This document shows, piece by piece, positions 12,401 through 22,377 of a DNA stretch of 64,000 nucleotides (positions are counted from its first letter, which is position 1; every line of letters starts with the position of its first letter). The notes beneath the pieces were generated by a model. That model saw only the letters and a list, made by a program, of their open reading frames with translations. It searched no databases and was not told the DNA's origin. The stretch is from Vreelandella subglaciescola. GTDB lineage: Bacteria > Pseudomonadota > Gammaproteobacteria > Pseudomonadales > Halomonadaceae. Location: the NCBI GenBank assembly GCA_030454225.1, contig JAKDRW010000002.1, positions 4,787 to 68,786 of the forward strand, in the 5' to 3' direction. The translations under genes were made by a program, and so were the position numbers.

Positions 12401-13303
12401 GCGTCTAATGAGGGCGCGCAGGCGCCCGCTAGCTGGCTTGAGGCGGTCACCACCGAGGTGCCGGATCCCGCGGCCATCCCCGAATGGCTGACGGAGCTTC
12501 CCGCCGGTCGCCTGCGAGTCGCTGAAATCGCCCTCGGTGAAAAGCGTTTTGGCCCGCTGACGGCCTATTGGCAAGCGCGGCGAGGCCGGTTCACCCTGGC
12601 GCCGGTGGGGTTGACGCTGGGCGAGCTGTCGGCGCGCGGTGAGCTCAGCTGGCAAGGCGACTCGGCCACCAGCGAGACCCGCGCGAACCTGACGCTTGCC
12701 GGCGGCGATGTGGGTAGCGCACTTAAGCAACTCGACCAGCCGGTGGCCATGCGCAGTAAAAGCACGCAGGTTGCGACTCGGCTCGAGTGGCCCGGTGCGC
12801 CCTGGCAATTTGCGCTGGGCCGGGCGAGGGGAGATCTCTCGGTTGATGTCCGCGACGGCCGTTTTTTGACGCTGAACTCTGCCTCGGCGCGGCTGGTGGG
12901 GCTGTTGAATTTTGATAACATTTTTCGCCGCCTGCGGCTGGACTTCTCCGATGTGACCGGGAAGGGCACCGCCTTCAACCGCGTCGAGGGCAAGGCCGAC
13001 GTAGCCGGTGGCCTGCTGCGCCTGCGCGGCCCGCTGACGATCGATGCGCCGGCTACCACCATGCGCCTGACCGGCAGCGTTGATTTGCTCGAGCGTGAAC
13101 TTGATCAGCGCCTCGGCGTCACACTGCCCATCAGTCAGGGGCTACCCATTGCCGCCCTCGCCGTCGGTGCGCCGGTGGTGGGCGGCGCGCTGTTTGTGGC
13201 AAATACGCTATTTGGCGACGCTTTTGAGCGGGCCACCACGATTCACTACCGGTTAGAAGGCCCCTGGGCTTCGCCGGATATTACACTGGAAGGTACCCAA
13301 TGA
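9431..13303 (+). CDS. yhdP: YhdP AsmA-like phospholipid transport protein
   Basis: 1290 aa, N-terminal TM anchor, [13 protein letters not shown] and Y...GPW..P C-terminal motifs; located between rng and tldD. Confidence 0.92.
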   Translation: MTIYALRKGCLVVLAWCLGTLAVLLLVLRLLASQADVLTPRLEAFLQMHLDAPVSIETLAVAVEREGLRVDIRGINAGLPDAALFSLKKLRLRLDVWRSLRALAPVFSQARMDGFTLHLYRGEGLAWDWPDPATLPLYLAADPTIDLNTIDTWTRLILRQRLWVTDTRVLMHDGQDNATLHAPELVLSGSEERIRLAGAVAIAPTLLSEGEPELPVASLKADVRPGSAGLSNFSAALQLDMELEQLSVLAELIRPDYVPRLTLSGGRSRLWGRWHSGRLDDARLQLDMPQVVLSQADDKVVLNELHARGQWRREGDGGDAWLSGDVAGAERTDPARHKAPALPKHWHLTHGGGDWQLRTGPFELDSLVAWRDYMILPESVTRPLQALAPRGQVTGLQLGQHSGEWRVDAALRDLAVSPWEGAPGGGPLDAWVQARDLRGRVAFSGAADSSLYFPQIFNQPMELDRADGEVRWVYDGPDTLVSGRRLRADWNGARVQGEFGLTSGGSHEQLGLDLAFQNVDAIDTPLVNWLPMKVLDESLGQWLADGVGGQVERGTLKLATPIDEAMEADDINILLSLDITQGTLPIAPEWPQLTDIEGSLTLDQDALEASVAQAQSHGVRATDGKVELDLDARQLRVSGALDTDAEALKAFFQAAPVLDDSRVLDDIEAQGDAQGDISLALSLDAPDTLTLDVSATPRLSQLIYTPLGVAVNKVHGDIAWQQRGEQGALTGTANGELLGGEVSANFTPDQVAFDGRASAGELLDIAGLTPDAAARLASGNAHWQGTLALDESPSLRLQSNLEGIDIKLPAPFAKASHSAWPWTLEAQFDDGRIESRLGDVGRFRGRLMEGQLAFNLNLGTQAARTPSWPSGRGWGINAGAREIAPLDWRFVTELFPADAASGRGASMIDKIDVPLQLSLETSCVKYHRDCLGSVAVTGQRSRSGEMDLALAGSVLTGHLRYRPDTPQPVDVTVDQLVVDNLIRVSKIAYAASNEGAQAPASWLEAVTTEVPDPAAIPEWLTELPAGRLRVAEIALGEKRFGPLTAYWQARRGRFTLAPVGLTLGELSARGELSWQGDSATSETRANLTLAGGDVGSALKQLDQPVAMRSKSTQVATRLEWPGAPWQFALGRARGDLSVDVRDGRFLTLNSASARLVGLLNFDNIFRRLRLDFSDVTGKGTAFNRVEGKADVAGGLLRLRGPLTIDAPATTMRLTGSVDLLERELDQRLGVTLPISQGLPIAALAVGAPVVGGALFVANTLFGDAFERATTIHYRLEGPWASPDITLEGTQ

Positions 13304-14739
13304 CGCAGCTTGACCAGGCAGCTTCGATATTACTTACCCCCGGCGGGCTGGATTTGGACAGCCTGGATACCGGGCTATCCCATGCGATGGGGGCAGGAAT
13401 CGACTACGCCGATCTGTATTTTCAGCGCACCTGGCAAGAAGGCTGGGTGCTCGAAGACGGCGAAGTCAAAGACGCTAGCTACAGCATTGACGGCGGCGTT
13501 GGCGTGCGTTCGCTGGCCGGCGAAAAGACCGGGTTTGCCTATTCCAATCAGATTACCGCCGAGGCGCTGGTGGATACCGGCAAGACCGCCTCGGGTATCG
13601 TGCGCAGCGGCACGCGGCTGAGCGGCCAGGCGGTCAGCCCGGTCAGCGCCGCGCTGTGCTACCCGGGCATTGACCCGCTGGCGGGCCTGAGCGCCGCTGA
13701 CAAGGTCGCCATGCTCAAGCTTGCCGACCGCGTGGCCCGCGCCGCCGACCCCCGCGTCAGCCAAGTGAGCGCTTCGCTGTCGGGCACTTATGAAGTGGTG
13801 CTGGTACGCGCCAGCGACGGCACGCTGGCGGCGGATATTCGCCCGCTGGTGCGCTTTAACGTCAGCGTTATTGCCGCCCACAACGGTCGCCGCGAAAGCG
13901 GTGGCGCCGGCGGCGGCGGGCGCTACTCCATGGCGCAGCTGCGCGACGCGGGCGTCGCCGAGCGCTACGCCAAAGAGGCGGTGCGCCAGGCGCTGGTGAA
14001 TCTGGAGGCCGTCGATGCGCCGGCGGGGCAGATGCCCGTGGTGCTGGGCGCGGGCTGGCCGGGGATTCTTCTGCACGAAGCCGTGGGCCACGGGCTGGAA
14101 GGCGATTTCAACCGCAAGGGCAGCTCGGCGTTTGCGGGTAAAATGGGCCAGCGCGTGGCGTCCAAAGGCGTCACCGTGGTTGACGACGCCACCCTGGCCG
14201 ACTGCCGGGGTTCGCTCAGCGTCGACGATGAAGGCACGCCCGGGCAGCACACGCCGCTGATCGAAGACGGCATTCTGACCGGCTATATGCAGGACAAGCT
14301 CAACGCGCGGCTGATGGGCATGGCGCCTACCGGTAACGCGCGGCGCGAATCCTATGCCCACATTCCCATGCCGCGCATGACCAACACGCTGATGATGGCG
14401 GGACAGGATGAGCCGTCAGACATCATCAAGAGCGTCAAGCGCGGCCTTTACGCGGTAAGTTTCGGCGGCGGCCAGGTGGATATCACCTCGGGCAAGTTCG
14501 TATTCTCGGCAAGCGAGGCCTACCTCATCGAAGACGGCGTGATTACCGCGCCGGTCAAGGGCGCCACGCTGATCGGCAACGGTCCCGAGGCGATGGGCCA
14601 GGTATCGATGATCGGCCACGACATGGCGCTGGATACCGGCATTGGCGTTTGCGGCAAGGAAGGCCAGGGCGTGCCGGTCGGGGTGGGCCAGCCCACGCTG
14701 AAGCTTGACGAGCTGACCGTGGGCGGCACGCAGTCATGA
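13300..14739 (+). CDS. tldD: Metalloprotease TldD
   Basis: [39 protein letters not shown] and [16 protein letters not shown] motifs. Confidence 0.97.
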   Translation: MTQLDQAASILLTPGGLDLDSLDTGLSHAMGAGIDYADLYFQRTWQEGWVLEDGEVKDASYSIDGGVGVRSLAGEKTGFAYSNQITAEALVDTGKTASGIVRSGTRLSGQAVSPVSAALCYPGIDPLAGLSAADKVAMLKLADRVARAADPRVSQVSASLSGTYEVVLVRASDGTLAADIRPLVRFNVSVIAAHNGRRESGGAGGGGRYSMAQLRDAGVAERYAKEAVRQALVNLEAVDAPAGQMPVVLGAGWPGILLHEAVGHGLEGDFNRKGSSAFAGKMGQRVASKGVTVVDDATLADCRGSLSVDDEGTPGQHTPLIEDGILTGYMQDKLNARLMGMAPTGNARRESYAHIPMPRMTNTLMMAGQDEPSDIIKSVKRGLYAVSFGGGQVDITSGKFVFSASEAYLIEDGVITAPVKGATLIGNGPEAMGQVSMIGHDMALDTGIGVCGKEGQGVPVGVGQPTLKLDELTVGGTQS

Positions 14740-14778
14740 CCCTGCGGCGGGGCATCAATCCGGCGCAGGGGTATGCCG

Positions 14779-15303
14779 CTAGACGCCGGCGCTGTCACGC
14801 AGGTATTTGAACAGTTTGCGCGCGCTGACCGGCGGTTTTTGCTGCTCGCGTTCGCGCTGTATATTACGCACCAGCTGGCGCAGCGTCTGGCGGTCGGCGT
14901 CGGGGTAAGCCTGCATAAACTGGTCGATGGCGCTGGCGCCTTCGTCAATCAACCGGTCGCGCCATTTTTCCAGCCGATGAAACGAATGGTCGCGCTTGAG
15001 CTGCTCTTGTTGGATAGCCTCAAACTCGGCCTGAATGGCGGGCAGGTCTTCCTTGCGCATAAGCTTGCCGACGTACTGCATATGCCGGCGGCGCGCTTCG
15101 CGCGAGGTGATGCGCGCGGTTTCGTCGATGGCGCGCTCGAGGTCATCGGAGAGCGCAAAGCGTGCGCGTTCGCCCGGTTTCATCGCGATCAGGGTTTCGC
15201 CCAGCTGCTGCAGCTCGTGCATCTCGCGCTTGAGCTGAGACTTGCTGGGGCGTTCGCCTTCCAGAGGCGTGGCGGCCGTTGGCGCCGGGTTTTTTTTGGG
15301 CAT
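14779..15303 (-). CDS. darP: Ribosome biogenesis factor YjgA/DarP
   Basis: SKSQLKREM..LQ.LG, RRR..QYVGKLMR, FH.LE.WRDRL and DRQ.LRQL.R motifs; divergent from pmbA. Confidence 0.93.
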   Translation of the reverse strand: MPKKNPAPTAATPLEGERPSKSQLKREMHELQQLGETLIAMKPGERARFALSDDLERAIDETARITSREARRRHMQYVGKLMRKEDLPAIQAEFEAIQQEQLKRDHSFHRLEKWRDRLIDEGASAIDQFMQAYPDADRQTLRQLVRNIQREREQQKPPVSARKLFKYLRDSAGV

Positions 15304-15356
15304 GAAATTACTCGTTAAGGTTCAAGGTAATCAAGACGGTTCAACAGGAGGCCATT

Positions 15357-16697
15357 ATGGCACAGGCATTTGATGCTCGGGCACAACAGACGCGGCTGAC
15401 ATCCCGCGCGCAGCAGGCGCTGGCACTGGCGAAACGTCTGGGCGCCGACGCGGCAGAAGTGGGCGCAAGCGTTGACCAGGGCGTAGAGGTGAGCGTGCGG
15501 CTGGGCGAAGTAGAAACCGTGGAGCTATCCCGCGACCAGGGGATCGCTATTACGGTGTACGTCGGCCAGCGCAAGGGCAGCGCCTCGTCGACCGACGCCG
15601 GCGACGATTCCATTCAGGCGACGGTAGAGAAAGCGCTGGCTATTGCCCGCTATACCGGCGAAGACCCGATGGGAGGGCTTGCCGATGCCGAACTGATGGC
15701 AAGCGAAATTCCCGACCTCGAAGTGCATTACCCCTGGGCGCTGTCGACCGATCAGGCGATATCGCTGGCGCTTGAGTGCGAGCGTGCCGGCCGGGCGGTC
15801 GAAGGTATCACCCAGTCCGACGGTGCATCGCTTTCCACCGGCGAAGGCGTGCGCGTTTACGCCAACAGCCACGGGTTTCTGGGCACGCAGAAGGGCAGCC
15901 GCCATGCGCTGTCGTGCATGCTGATTGCCGAAGACGACAACGGCATGCAGCGTGACTTCGCCTACACCACCGCGCGCGACCCCAAGGCGCTGCGCGCACC
16001 GGAAGAAGTGGGTCGCGAAGCCGCGCAGTGCACGCTTCGCCGGCTCGGAGCCAAGCGCCCGGCGACCGGCAGCTTTCCCGTGCTGTTTGACCCATCGCTT
16101 GCCAGCGGGCTGGTGGGGCATTTGCTGGGCGCACTTTCTGGCGGCGCGCTGTACCGCGAGGCCTCGTTTCTCTGCGGCCGACTGGGTACGCCGTTATTTC
16201 CCGACTGGTTCAGCCTTGAGGAGCGCCCTATGGAGCGCGGCGCCACGGCCAGCTCGCCGTTTGACGCCGATGGCGTGCAAACGCGCAACAACCGCTTTAT
16301 CGCAGACGGCAAGGTGGCAAGCTACATGCTCTCGGCGTACAGCGCGCGGCGGCTATCGCTGACAACCACCGGCAACGCCGGCGGGGCGCGCAACCTGCGT
16401 ATTAGCGCGCCGCTGCAAACGCCCGAGGCGCTGCTCGAGAAGATGGACTGCGGCGTATGGGTGACCGAACTGATGGGGCAAGGGGTCAACGGCGTCACCG
16501 GCGACTATTCGCGCGGCGCGACGGGCTTCTGGGTAGAAAACGGCAAGGTGCAGTACCCGATTGAGGAATTCACCATTGCCGGCAATCTGGAGCAGATGTT
16601 TGCCAATTTGGCCGGCATTGGCGACGACGTGGATACTCGCGGCAGCATTCATACCGGCAGCTGGCTGATCAACGCCATGACCGTGGCGGGGAACTAA
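15357..16697 (+). CDS. pmbA: Metalloprotease PmbA (TldE)
   Basis: VRLGEVETVE..RD, YSARRL..TTGNAGG and TELMGQGVN.VTGDYSRGA motifs. Confidence 0.96.
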   Translation: MAQAFDARAQQTRLTSRAQQALALAKRLGADAAEVGASVDQGVEVSVRLGEVETVELSRDQGIAITVYVGQRKGSASSTDAGDDSIQATVEKALAIARYTGEDPMGGLADAELMASEIPDLEVHYPWALSTDQAISLALECERAGRAVEGITQSDGASLSTGEGVRVYANSHGFLGTQKGSRHALSCMLIAEDDNGMQRDFAYTTARDPKALRAPEEVGREAAQCTLRRLGAKRPATGSFPVLFDPSLASGLVGHLLGALSGGALYREASFLCGRLGTPLFPDWFSLEERPMERGATASSPFDADGVQTRNNRFIADGKVASYMLSAYSARRLSLTTTGNAGGARNLRISAPLQTPEALLEKMDCGVWVTELMGQGVNGVTGDYSRGATGFWVENGKVQYPIEEFTIAGNLEQMFANLAGIGDDVDTRGSIHTGSWLINAMTVAGN

Positions 16698-16762
16698 AAG
16701 CCGCTAGCCGCTACCTCTGGCCGCCCTGGGTATAGGGCGGGTTCAGGCTATTACCGGCTGTG

Positions 16763-17311
16763 CTAGGCCAGTGGAAGGTAGTTGGCGTCCAGGCTCAGGC
16801 GTTTGAGCAGGGCGTGAAAGAGAAAAGCTTCTTCGTTTATGAGCGAGCGGCTCAGGCAGTCAAGGTACTCGTGCTGTGGGAAGCGGATCAGCCGGTGTGG
16901 CACCTTGTAGGCGTCCAGATCGATGGCCACGATACGGTCGTCGCGGACCAGAAAGTTGTCGGTGTGCAGGCCGCGGCAATGGATGCCGTGGCGGTAGTAG
17001 GCTTCCACTGCATCGAGGTATTGGGTTTGTAGCACTCGGCTGGCTTGAATGCACTGCTTGAGCGGTTTGCCGTGGATATTTGCCGTTACCAGACGATACT
17101 TGTCGGCGGCGATAATGGTTGGCGTGGCAATGCCCAGGGCGTCTAGATGCTTAGCGATGAGGACGAAGTTAATCCCGGGATACGGGCGAAGACGTAGCCC
17201 GTAGCGGAGGCGGTCGACGCGTTTGGGGAAGAAGGTCTTGATAAACAGGTCGTGCTCCGGATCGTAGTCGACCCGTGAGTATTTACCGGTTTGGATCAGT
17301 TCGAGGGGCAT
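16763..17311 (-). CDS. Protein-kinase-like fold protein (Kdo/WaaP/InaA-like) with an atypical catalytic loop
   Basis: GKYSRV (Gly-loop-like), FIK, LGIATP, GIHCRGLHTDNFLV (HxDLxxxN-like) and IDLD (DFG-like). It starts 28 bp after the npr stop with a GAGAG RBS. Confidence 0.65.
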   Translation of the reverse strand: MPLELIQTGKYSRVDYDPEHDLFIKTFFPKRVDRLRYGLRLRPYPGINFVLIAKHLDALGIATPTIIAADKYRLVTANIHGKPLKQCIQASRVLQTQYLDAVEAYYRHGIHCRGLHTDNFLVRDDRIVAIDLDAYKVPHRLIRFPQHEYLDCLSRSLINEEAFLFHALLKRLSLDANYLPLA

Positions 17312-17339
17312 GGCGCAGCTCTCGGAGGGGGCTTAACGG

Positions 17340-17609
17340 TTACGCATCTTCGTCGAAGCGCGCATCGAATAGTGCCTCGACGGCATCGAGCGCCTGTTCG
17401 GCGTCTTTGCCCTCGGCGTGTACGGTCAGCTCGGTGCCGAAAGGCGCGGCGAGGATCAGTAGCGCCATGATATTGCGCGCATCGGCTTTTTGCGTGCCTT
17501 TGTAAACATGAACCTTCGATTCAAACGGCTGGCAGCAGGCGACTAACCGGGTCGCGGCGCGGGCGTGCAGGCCGCGACGGTTGGTCAGTGTCAGGGTTTT
17601 ACGCGGCAC
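17340..17609 (-). CDS. npr: Phosphocarrier protein NPr (HPr family)
   Basis: NRRGLHARAA phospho-His motif; GTG start; located after rapZ. Confidence 0.94.
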   Translation of the reverse strand: MPRKTLTLTNRRGLHARAATRLVACCQPFESKVHVYKGTQKADARNIMALLILAAPFGTELTVHAEGKDAEQALDAVEALFDARFDEDA

Positions 17610-17640
17610 GCGGGTTCCTTTTGGTGAAGCGGTTTGCGGA

Positions 17641-18537
17641 TTAATCGGCGGTATCCTGATGGCCCGCCGAGCGTGTGTACTGTACTGAAAGCTCGCGGTG
17701 GCGAACGTGAACTTCGTCGATGGAATCGAGGATCAATTGTCCCAGCTGCTCGGCCAGATACACCGAGCGGTGTTGGCCCCCAGTACAGCCAATGGCGACG
17801 GTGATATAGCTGCGCTGACTATTTTGGTAGGCCGGTAGCCAGCGGCTTAGCCAGGCGTGAATATCGTGGCACATGGCCTCAACGATGGGGTAGCCGCGTA
17901 AAAACGCCTGGATGTCGGCGTCGCGACCGGTCAGGCTACGCAGCGCCGGATCCCAGAAGGGGTTGGGCAGGCAGCGCGCATCGAAGACCAGATCGGCGTC
18001 CAGCGGTACGCCACGCTTGTAGCCAAAGGATTCAACGGTCAGCGTGAGCTGGTCGCGGCGGCGGTGAGCGACCTGATCGGCAATGCGGCGTCGCAAGTCA
18101 TGCACTGACAGCCTTGATGTGTCGATGGTCAGGTCGGCCAGGTTGCGCACATCGTTGAGCGTATCTTCTTCCTTGGCGATGGCTTCTTCAAGCGTCATGT
18201 CGCTGTCCCGGGTGAGCGGGTGGCGGCGACGCGTGGCGGAGTAGCGCTCCAGCAGGATGCGTGCGTCAGTGGTCAGATAAACCACGTGGAAGTTGATGTC
18301 GCGCGCCTTGAGCTCGCCAAGGAGCCCGGGCAGGCGCTCAAGTGCGCCGGGCAGGTTGCGCGCATCAATGCTCACCGCAAGGTGGGTGCGTCTGGTCTGG
18401 TTGCGCAATTCATCCACCAGCGAGCCGAGAAGCATGGCCGGCAGGTTGTCGATGGCGTAGTAGCCCAGGTCTTCCAGCGCCTGTAAGGCAATGGATTTAC
18501 CCGAGCCGGAACGACCGCTGATAATAACCAGTTGCAT
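17641..18537 (-). CDS. rapZ: RNase adapter RapZ
   Basis: SGRSGSGKS, IDNLP, RRRHPL, SFGYKRGVP.DAD.VFD.R.LPNP and GCTGGQHRSV motifs. Confidence 0.97.
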   Translation of the reverse strand: MQLVIISGRSGSGKSIALQALEDLGYYAIDNLPAMLLGSLVDELRNQTRRTHLAVSIDARNLPGALERLPGLLGELKARDINFHVVYLTTDARILLERYSATRRRHPLTRDSDMTLEEAIAKEEDTLNDVRNLADLTIDTSRLSVHDLRRRIADQVAHRRRDQLTLTVESFGYKRGVPLDADLVFDARCLPNPFWDPALRSLTGRDADIQAFLRGYPIVEAMCHDIHAWLSRWLPAYQNSQRSYITVAIGCTGGQHRSVYLAEQLGQLILDSIDEVHVRHRELSVQYTRSAGHQDTAD

Positions 18538-18572
18538 AGCGTCTCTCGTAGGGTCGAGCGGATAAGGGGGCG

Positions 18573-19043
18573 CTATTGGTGGGGTTGCTCGCGGATCTTG
18601 GCAGTAATCAGGTCGAGCAGTGCGCGCTGGCTCTGTGCGCGGCGTAGCTGCAGGCGCGTGTCTCCATCATTCATGATCAGCGCGACCTGGCCTAAAAGCG
18701 ACAGATGGGTGTCATCGGCCTGCTCGGGAACCAGCAGGATAAACACCAGATCCACGGGGTCGCCATCGATGGCGTCGAAGTCGACCGCTTCGGCAAGCTT
18801 GAGAAAACCGGCGATGGGCGCATGGCAATGCGGGCTGCGCGCATGGGGAATCGCCACGCCGTTACCAATCCCTGTACTGCCGAGCTTTTCGCGGCTAATC
18901 AGGCGGCTGAAAACCTCCTGACTATCCAGGCTAGGGATGTTTTGCGCAATAAAGGTGCTGAAAAATTCCAGCACCCTTTTTTTGCTGCCCCCGGGCACGT
19001 CATAGAGTACGCGTTCCGGGGGGAGGATAGCTTCCAGGTTCAT
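18573..19043 (-). CDS. ptsN: PTS EIIA(Ntr)
   Basis: SKKRVLE, REKLGSTGIGNGVAIPHAR and FDAIDGDPVDL motifs. Confidence 0.97.
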   Translation of the reverse strand: MNLEAILPPERVLYDVPGGSKKRVLEFFSTFIAQNIPSLDSQEVFSRLISREKLGSTGIGNGVAIPHARSPHCHAPIAGFLKLAEAVDFDAIDGDPVDLVFILLVPEQADDTHLSLLGQVALIMNDGDTRLQLRRAQSQRALLDLITAKIREQPHQ

Positions 19044-19048
19044 GGTGG

Positions 19049-19357
19049 TTAACGCACGCCGGCGCCTTGAGCGCGAGCCTGTGACTTTTCCTTGTGTTTG
19101 ACCAGCTGGCGGTCGAGCTTGTCGGCCAGCGCATCGATAGCCGCGTACATGTCGTTGTCGGTGGCTTCGGCATGCAGCTCGGCGCCGGCAACGTGCATGG
19201 TGCAGGCCGCTTGTTGACGCTCTTTTTCCACAGATAAGGTGACTTGCACGGTGGTGATGTTGTCGTAATGGCGCTCGACCCGGGCGAGCTTTCCATTGAC
19301 ATAGTCACGCAAGGCGTCAGTCAGTTCTACGCGGAGACCGGTGATGTTAACTTGCAT
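19049..19357 (-). CDS. hpf: Ribosome hibernation promoting factor
   Basis: MQVNITG..VELTDALRDYV and DMYAAIDALADKLDRQL.KHKEK; AAGGAG RBS before ATG 19357. Confidence 0.96.
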   Translation of the reverse strand: MQVNITGLRVELTDALRDYVNGKLARVERHYDNITTVQVTLSVEKERQQAACTMHVAGAELHAEATDNDMYAAIDALADKLDRQLVKHKEKSQARAQGAGVR

Positions 19358-19442
19358 GGACATACTCCTTATCCGTTGGAATTGTGATTTGATTGTAACC
19401 CTTTTGGAGCGTAAACAAAGCCCCTGGCGAGAGTTTCGTTGG

Positions 19443-20852
19443 TTAGCGCCGGCGGCGGCGTTCACTCGAGGACGGAATCCCCAGCGCCTCGCGGTATTTG
19501 GCCACGGTGCGCCGCGCTACCTGAATGCCGGCGTCGTCCAGCAGGGTCGTCAGGCGACTGTCGGAAAGCGGCTTGCCGGTGGGTTCCTGCTCGACGAATT
19601 TTTTGATCCGCGCGCGGATGGCGGTGCTCGAATGGGTGCTTTCATCCTTGCCCCCCAGCTGGCTGGAGAAAAAGTATTTGAGCTCGAACAGGCCGCGCGG
19701 GGTATGCAGGTATTTTTGCGTGGTTACCCTTGAAACCGTGGACTCGTGCATGTCGACGGCGGCGGCAATGTCGGCAAGCACCAAAGGCTGCATGGCCTCT
19801 TCGCCGCGTTCGAGAAAGTCCAGCTGGCGGGCGACGATCTCGCGACCGACGCGCAGCAGGGTGTCGTTGCGGCTGGAGAGGCTTTTGATCAGCCAGCGGG
19901 CCTGTTGCAGATGGTCTTTGAGAAAGCGGTTGTCCTGGCTGTTGTCGGCGCGCTTGATCAGGCCGGCGTAGTCGGGCTGGATGCGCAGCCGCGGCAGGGC
20001 GTCGGGGTTTAGTTCAAGCTGCCAGCCGTGTTCGCCGCGGCGCGCGAGTAAATCGGGAATCACATGGCCGCCGGTGACGCTGTCAAAGGCGCTGCCGGGG
20101 CGCGGGTCAAGGCTTTGAATCAGTTTTGTTACCGCGTCAAGCGCCGCGTCATCGAGCCCCAGCCGGCGTTTGAGCAAGCGCGAGTCGTGCTGCCCAAGCG
20201 CGGGCAAAAATTGGCGTACCAGCCGGCGCGCGGGCATCAGCAGCGGAGTGGCCTCGGGCAGTGCGTCCAGCTGCAGCGTCAGGCATTCGCCCAAATCGCG
20301 GGCAAAAGCGCCGGTGGGCTCAAACTGCTGGAGTCGCGAAAGCACGCGCTCCATGCGCGCCGTATCAACCTCGGCCAGCCCCTGGCGGCGCAGCCCGTCG
20401 CGCATCTCGTCAAGCGAGTGGGTCAGGTAGCCGTTCGCGTCGACTGCATCGATCAGCGTTTCGGCAATCAGGTGGTCGTCGGCGCTAAGATCAAGCATTG
20501 CCAGCTGCCAGAGCAAATGGCCGTGAAGGCTCTGGCCCGCGCTTTGGCGGTCAAAGTCCGGCCCCTCGGCGCCGCCTGTGCGCGGCGTATCCTGATAGGT
20601 GTCGGACCAGTCGCTATCGACGGAAAGCTCGGTAGGGATGTGTTCCGCCCAGCCGTCTTCGGGTGTGGCCACGGCGACCTGCTCGCTGAATTCATCTTCC
20701 TGGTCGAGCAGCGGGTTGGCGTCCAGCGCCTGCTGGATCTCCTGGCGCAGGTCGAGCGTCGACAGCTGCAGCAGCGCAATGGCCTGCTTGAGCTGGGGCG
20801 TCATGGTGAGTTGAGTGCCAACGCGTAGCTGCAGAGACGCTTTCATGGCCAT
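19443..20852 (-). CDS. rpoN: RNA polymerase sigma-54 factor
   Basis: LTMTPQL.QAI.LLQLS, HESTVSRVTTQKY and the RpoN box ARRTVAKYRE. Confidence 0.98.
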   Translation of the reverse strand: MAMKASLQLRVGTQLTMTPQLKQAIALLQLSTLDLRQEIQQALDANPLLDQEDEFSEQVAVATPEDGWAEHIPTELSVDSDWSDTYQDTPRTGGAEGPDFDRQSAGQSLHGHLLWQLAMLDLSADDHLIAETLIDAVDANGYLTHSLDEMRDGLRRQGLAEVDTARMERVLSRLQQFEPTGAFARDLGECLTLQLDALPEATPLLMPARRLVRQFLPALGQHDSRLLKRRLGLDDAALDAVTKLIQSLDPRPGSAFDSVTGGHVIPDLLARRGEHGWQLELNPDALPRLRIQPDYAGLIKRADNSQDNRFLKDHLQQARWLIKSLSSRNDTLLRVGREIVARQLDFLERGEEAMQPLVLADIAAAVDMHESTVSRVTTQKYLHTPRGLFELKYFFSSQLGGKDESTHSSTAIRARIKKFVEQEPTGKPLSDSRLTTLLDDAGIQVARRTVAKYREALGIPSSSERRRRR

Positions 20853-20953
20853 CGAAGCATCACTCCTCAAGGGGGAAGTCTTACCCTAGGCCGCGCCTTT
20901 CAAGGCTGCAAGTCGCGGCCTGGCTGAGCCGGTGTGCGGCGCTTCGTCAAAGC

Positions 20954-21724
20954 TCACAGGCGGAATTCGGCGCCAAGGTAGACATCGCGCACCTGCTGGT
21001 TGTCGAGAATGCTGCTCGGCGAGCCGTTGGCGATGATGTGGCCGTCGCCGACAATATAGGCAGTATCGCAGATATCCAGGGTTTCGCGCACGTTGTGGTC
21101 GGTAATCAGCACGCCGATGTGGCGGGCTTTTAGCGCGCGGATCACCGTTTTGATTTCGCCTACCGAGATAGGGTCGACGCCGGCAAACGGCTCGTCAAGG
21201 AGGATAAAGGCGGGCTCGATGGCAAGCGAGCGGGCGATTTCTACCCGCCGGCGTTCGCCGCCGGAAAGGCTCATCCCCAGGTTGTCGCGGATATGGGTGA
21301 TATGAAAATCGCCCAGCAGCGCCTCAAGGTGCTCGCCCCGAGCGCGGCGGTCCAGATCCCGGCGGGTTTCCAGAATAGCCATGATGTTGTCGGCCACCGA
21401 AAGCTTGCGAAAAATCGAGGCTTCCTGCGGCAGATAGCCAATGCCGGCTTTGGCGCGTTCGTGCATGGGGGCGCGAGAGAGATCATGATTGTCGATGCTG
21501 ACGTGTCCGGCATCGGCCTTGACCAGCCCCACGATCATGTAAAACGAGGTGGTTTTGCCCGCGCCGTTGGGACCCAAAAGTCCAACGATGCTGCCCTGGG
21601 TAATATCCAGGTTGATATCCTTGACCACGCGGCGGCGCTTGTAGCTTTTGGCCAGGTGGCGGGCGTGGAGGGTTCTGACCGGTACGTCCGGCGGATTGTC
21701 GGCGGTAATATCGTCAAAAGACAC
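20954..21724 (-). CDS. lptB: LPS export ABC transporter ATPase
   Basis: [46 protein letters not shown] and [10 protein letters not shown] motifs. Confidence 0.97.
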   Translation of the reverse strand: MSFDDITADNPPDVPVRTLHARHLAKSYKRRRVVKDINLDITQGSIVGLLGPNGAGKTTSFYMIVGLVKADAGHVSIDNHDLSRAPMHERAKAGIGYLPQEASIFRKLSVADNIMAILETRRDLDRRARGEHLEALLGDFHITHIRDNLGMSLSGGERRRVEIARSLAIEPAFILLDEPFAGVDPISVGEIKTVIRALKARHIGVLITDHNVRETLDICDTAYIVGDGHIIANGSPSSILDNQQVRDVYLGAEFRL

Positions 21725-21855
21725 CCTGTGGCCCCTTTCCTTGTCGATGATCTGGCGTGCCTGCTATCGATAAGGATCCGTTCAATAAGGATCCGCTGTC
21801 GTCAGTATCGAGAGTGGCAATGGTGGTGTGACTCGATGGTAGCCCGTGGCCGGCT

Positions 21856-22377
21856 TTACTGCTCGGGCTGCAGCGTCATGTGGATGCGCTGGGTGTCGCT
21901 GCCTTTTACGTCGGAGCGCGCCTGGACGACTTCCTTGTCGATAAAGTATTCCAGCCGCCCGCCGCTAAAGTGATCGCCGCCCTGGTTCAGTTCGGCCTGG
22001 TCGATCAGCTCGACGCGGCGCTCGGCGACGTGATAGATAATCTGTCGCGCTTCGCCTTCGATCGGCTCTTTCTGCCCCTCGGGCTGGTGGCGCAGATAGG
22101 CGCGCTCGCCAAAGGCCGTGGCACGTGAGAGCTCGCCGCTAGCGTTGCGCGTGACCTCCACGCGCGCGCCGCGTAGCTGCATCTGGCCCTGGCGCATATC
22201 AACGTTGCCGCGGTAAACCGCCGTGCCGGCGCGCTGATCAAGGTCAAGGCGGTCAGCCTCGACTTGCACAGGGTCGGTCGGCGCGGCCAGAGCGGCATTG
22301 GCGCCCAGGGTGCTGATGCCGAGTACGGTGAGGCCCAGCAGGGCCGCGGTGATAAAAGAAAAGAGACGCGTATTCAT
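21856..22377 (-). CDS. lptA: LPS transport periplasmic protein LptA
   Basis: Signal peptide, OstA-like P..VEAD..Y.GNV...QG and a C-terminal R..M.LQP; position in the operon. Confidence 0.92.
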   Translation of the reverse strand: MNTRLFSFITAALLGLTVLGISTLGANAALAAPTDPVQVEADRLDLDQRAGTAVYRGNVDMRQGQMQLRGARVEVTRNASGELSRATAFGERAYLRHQPEGQKEPIEGEARQIIYHVAERRVELIDQAELNQGGDHFSGGRLEYFIDKEVVQARSDVKGSDTQRIHMTLQPEQ

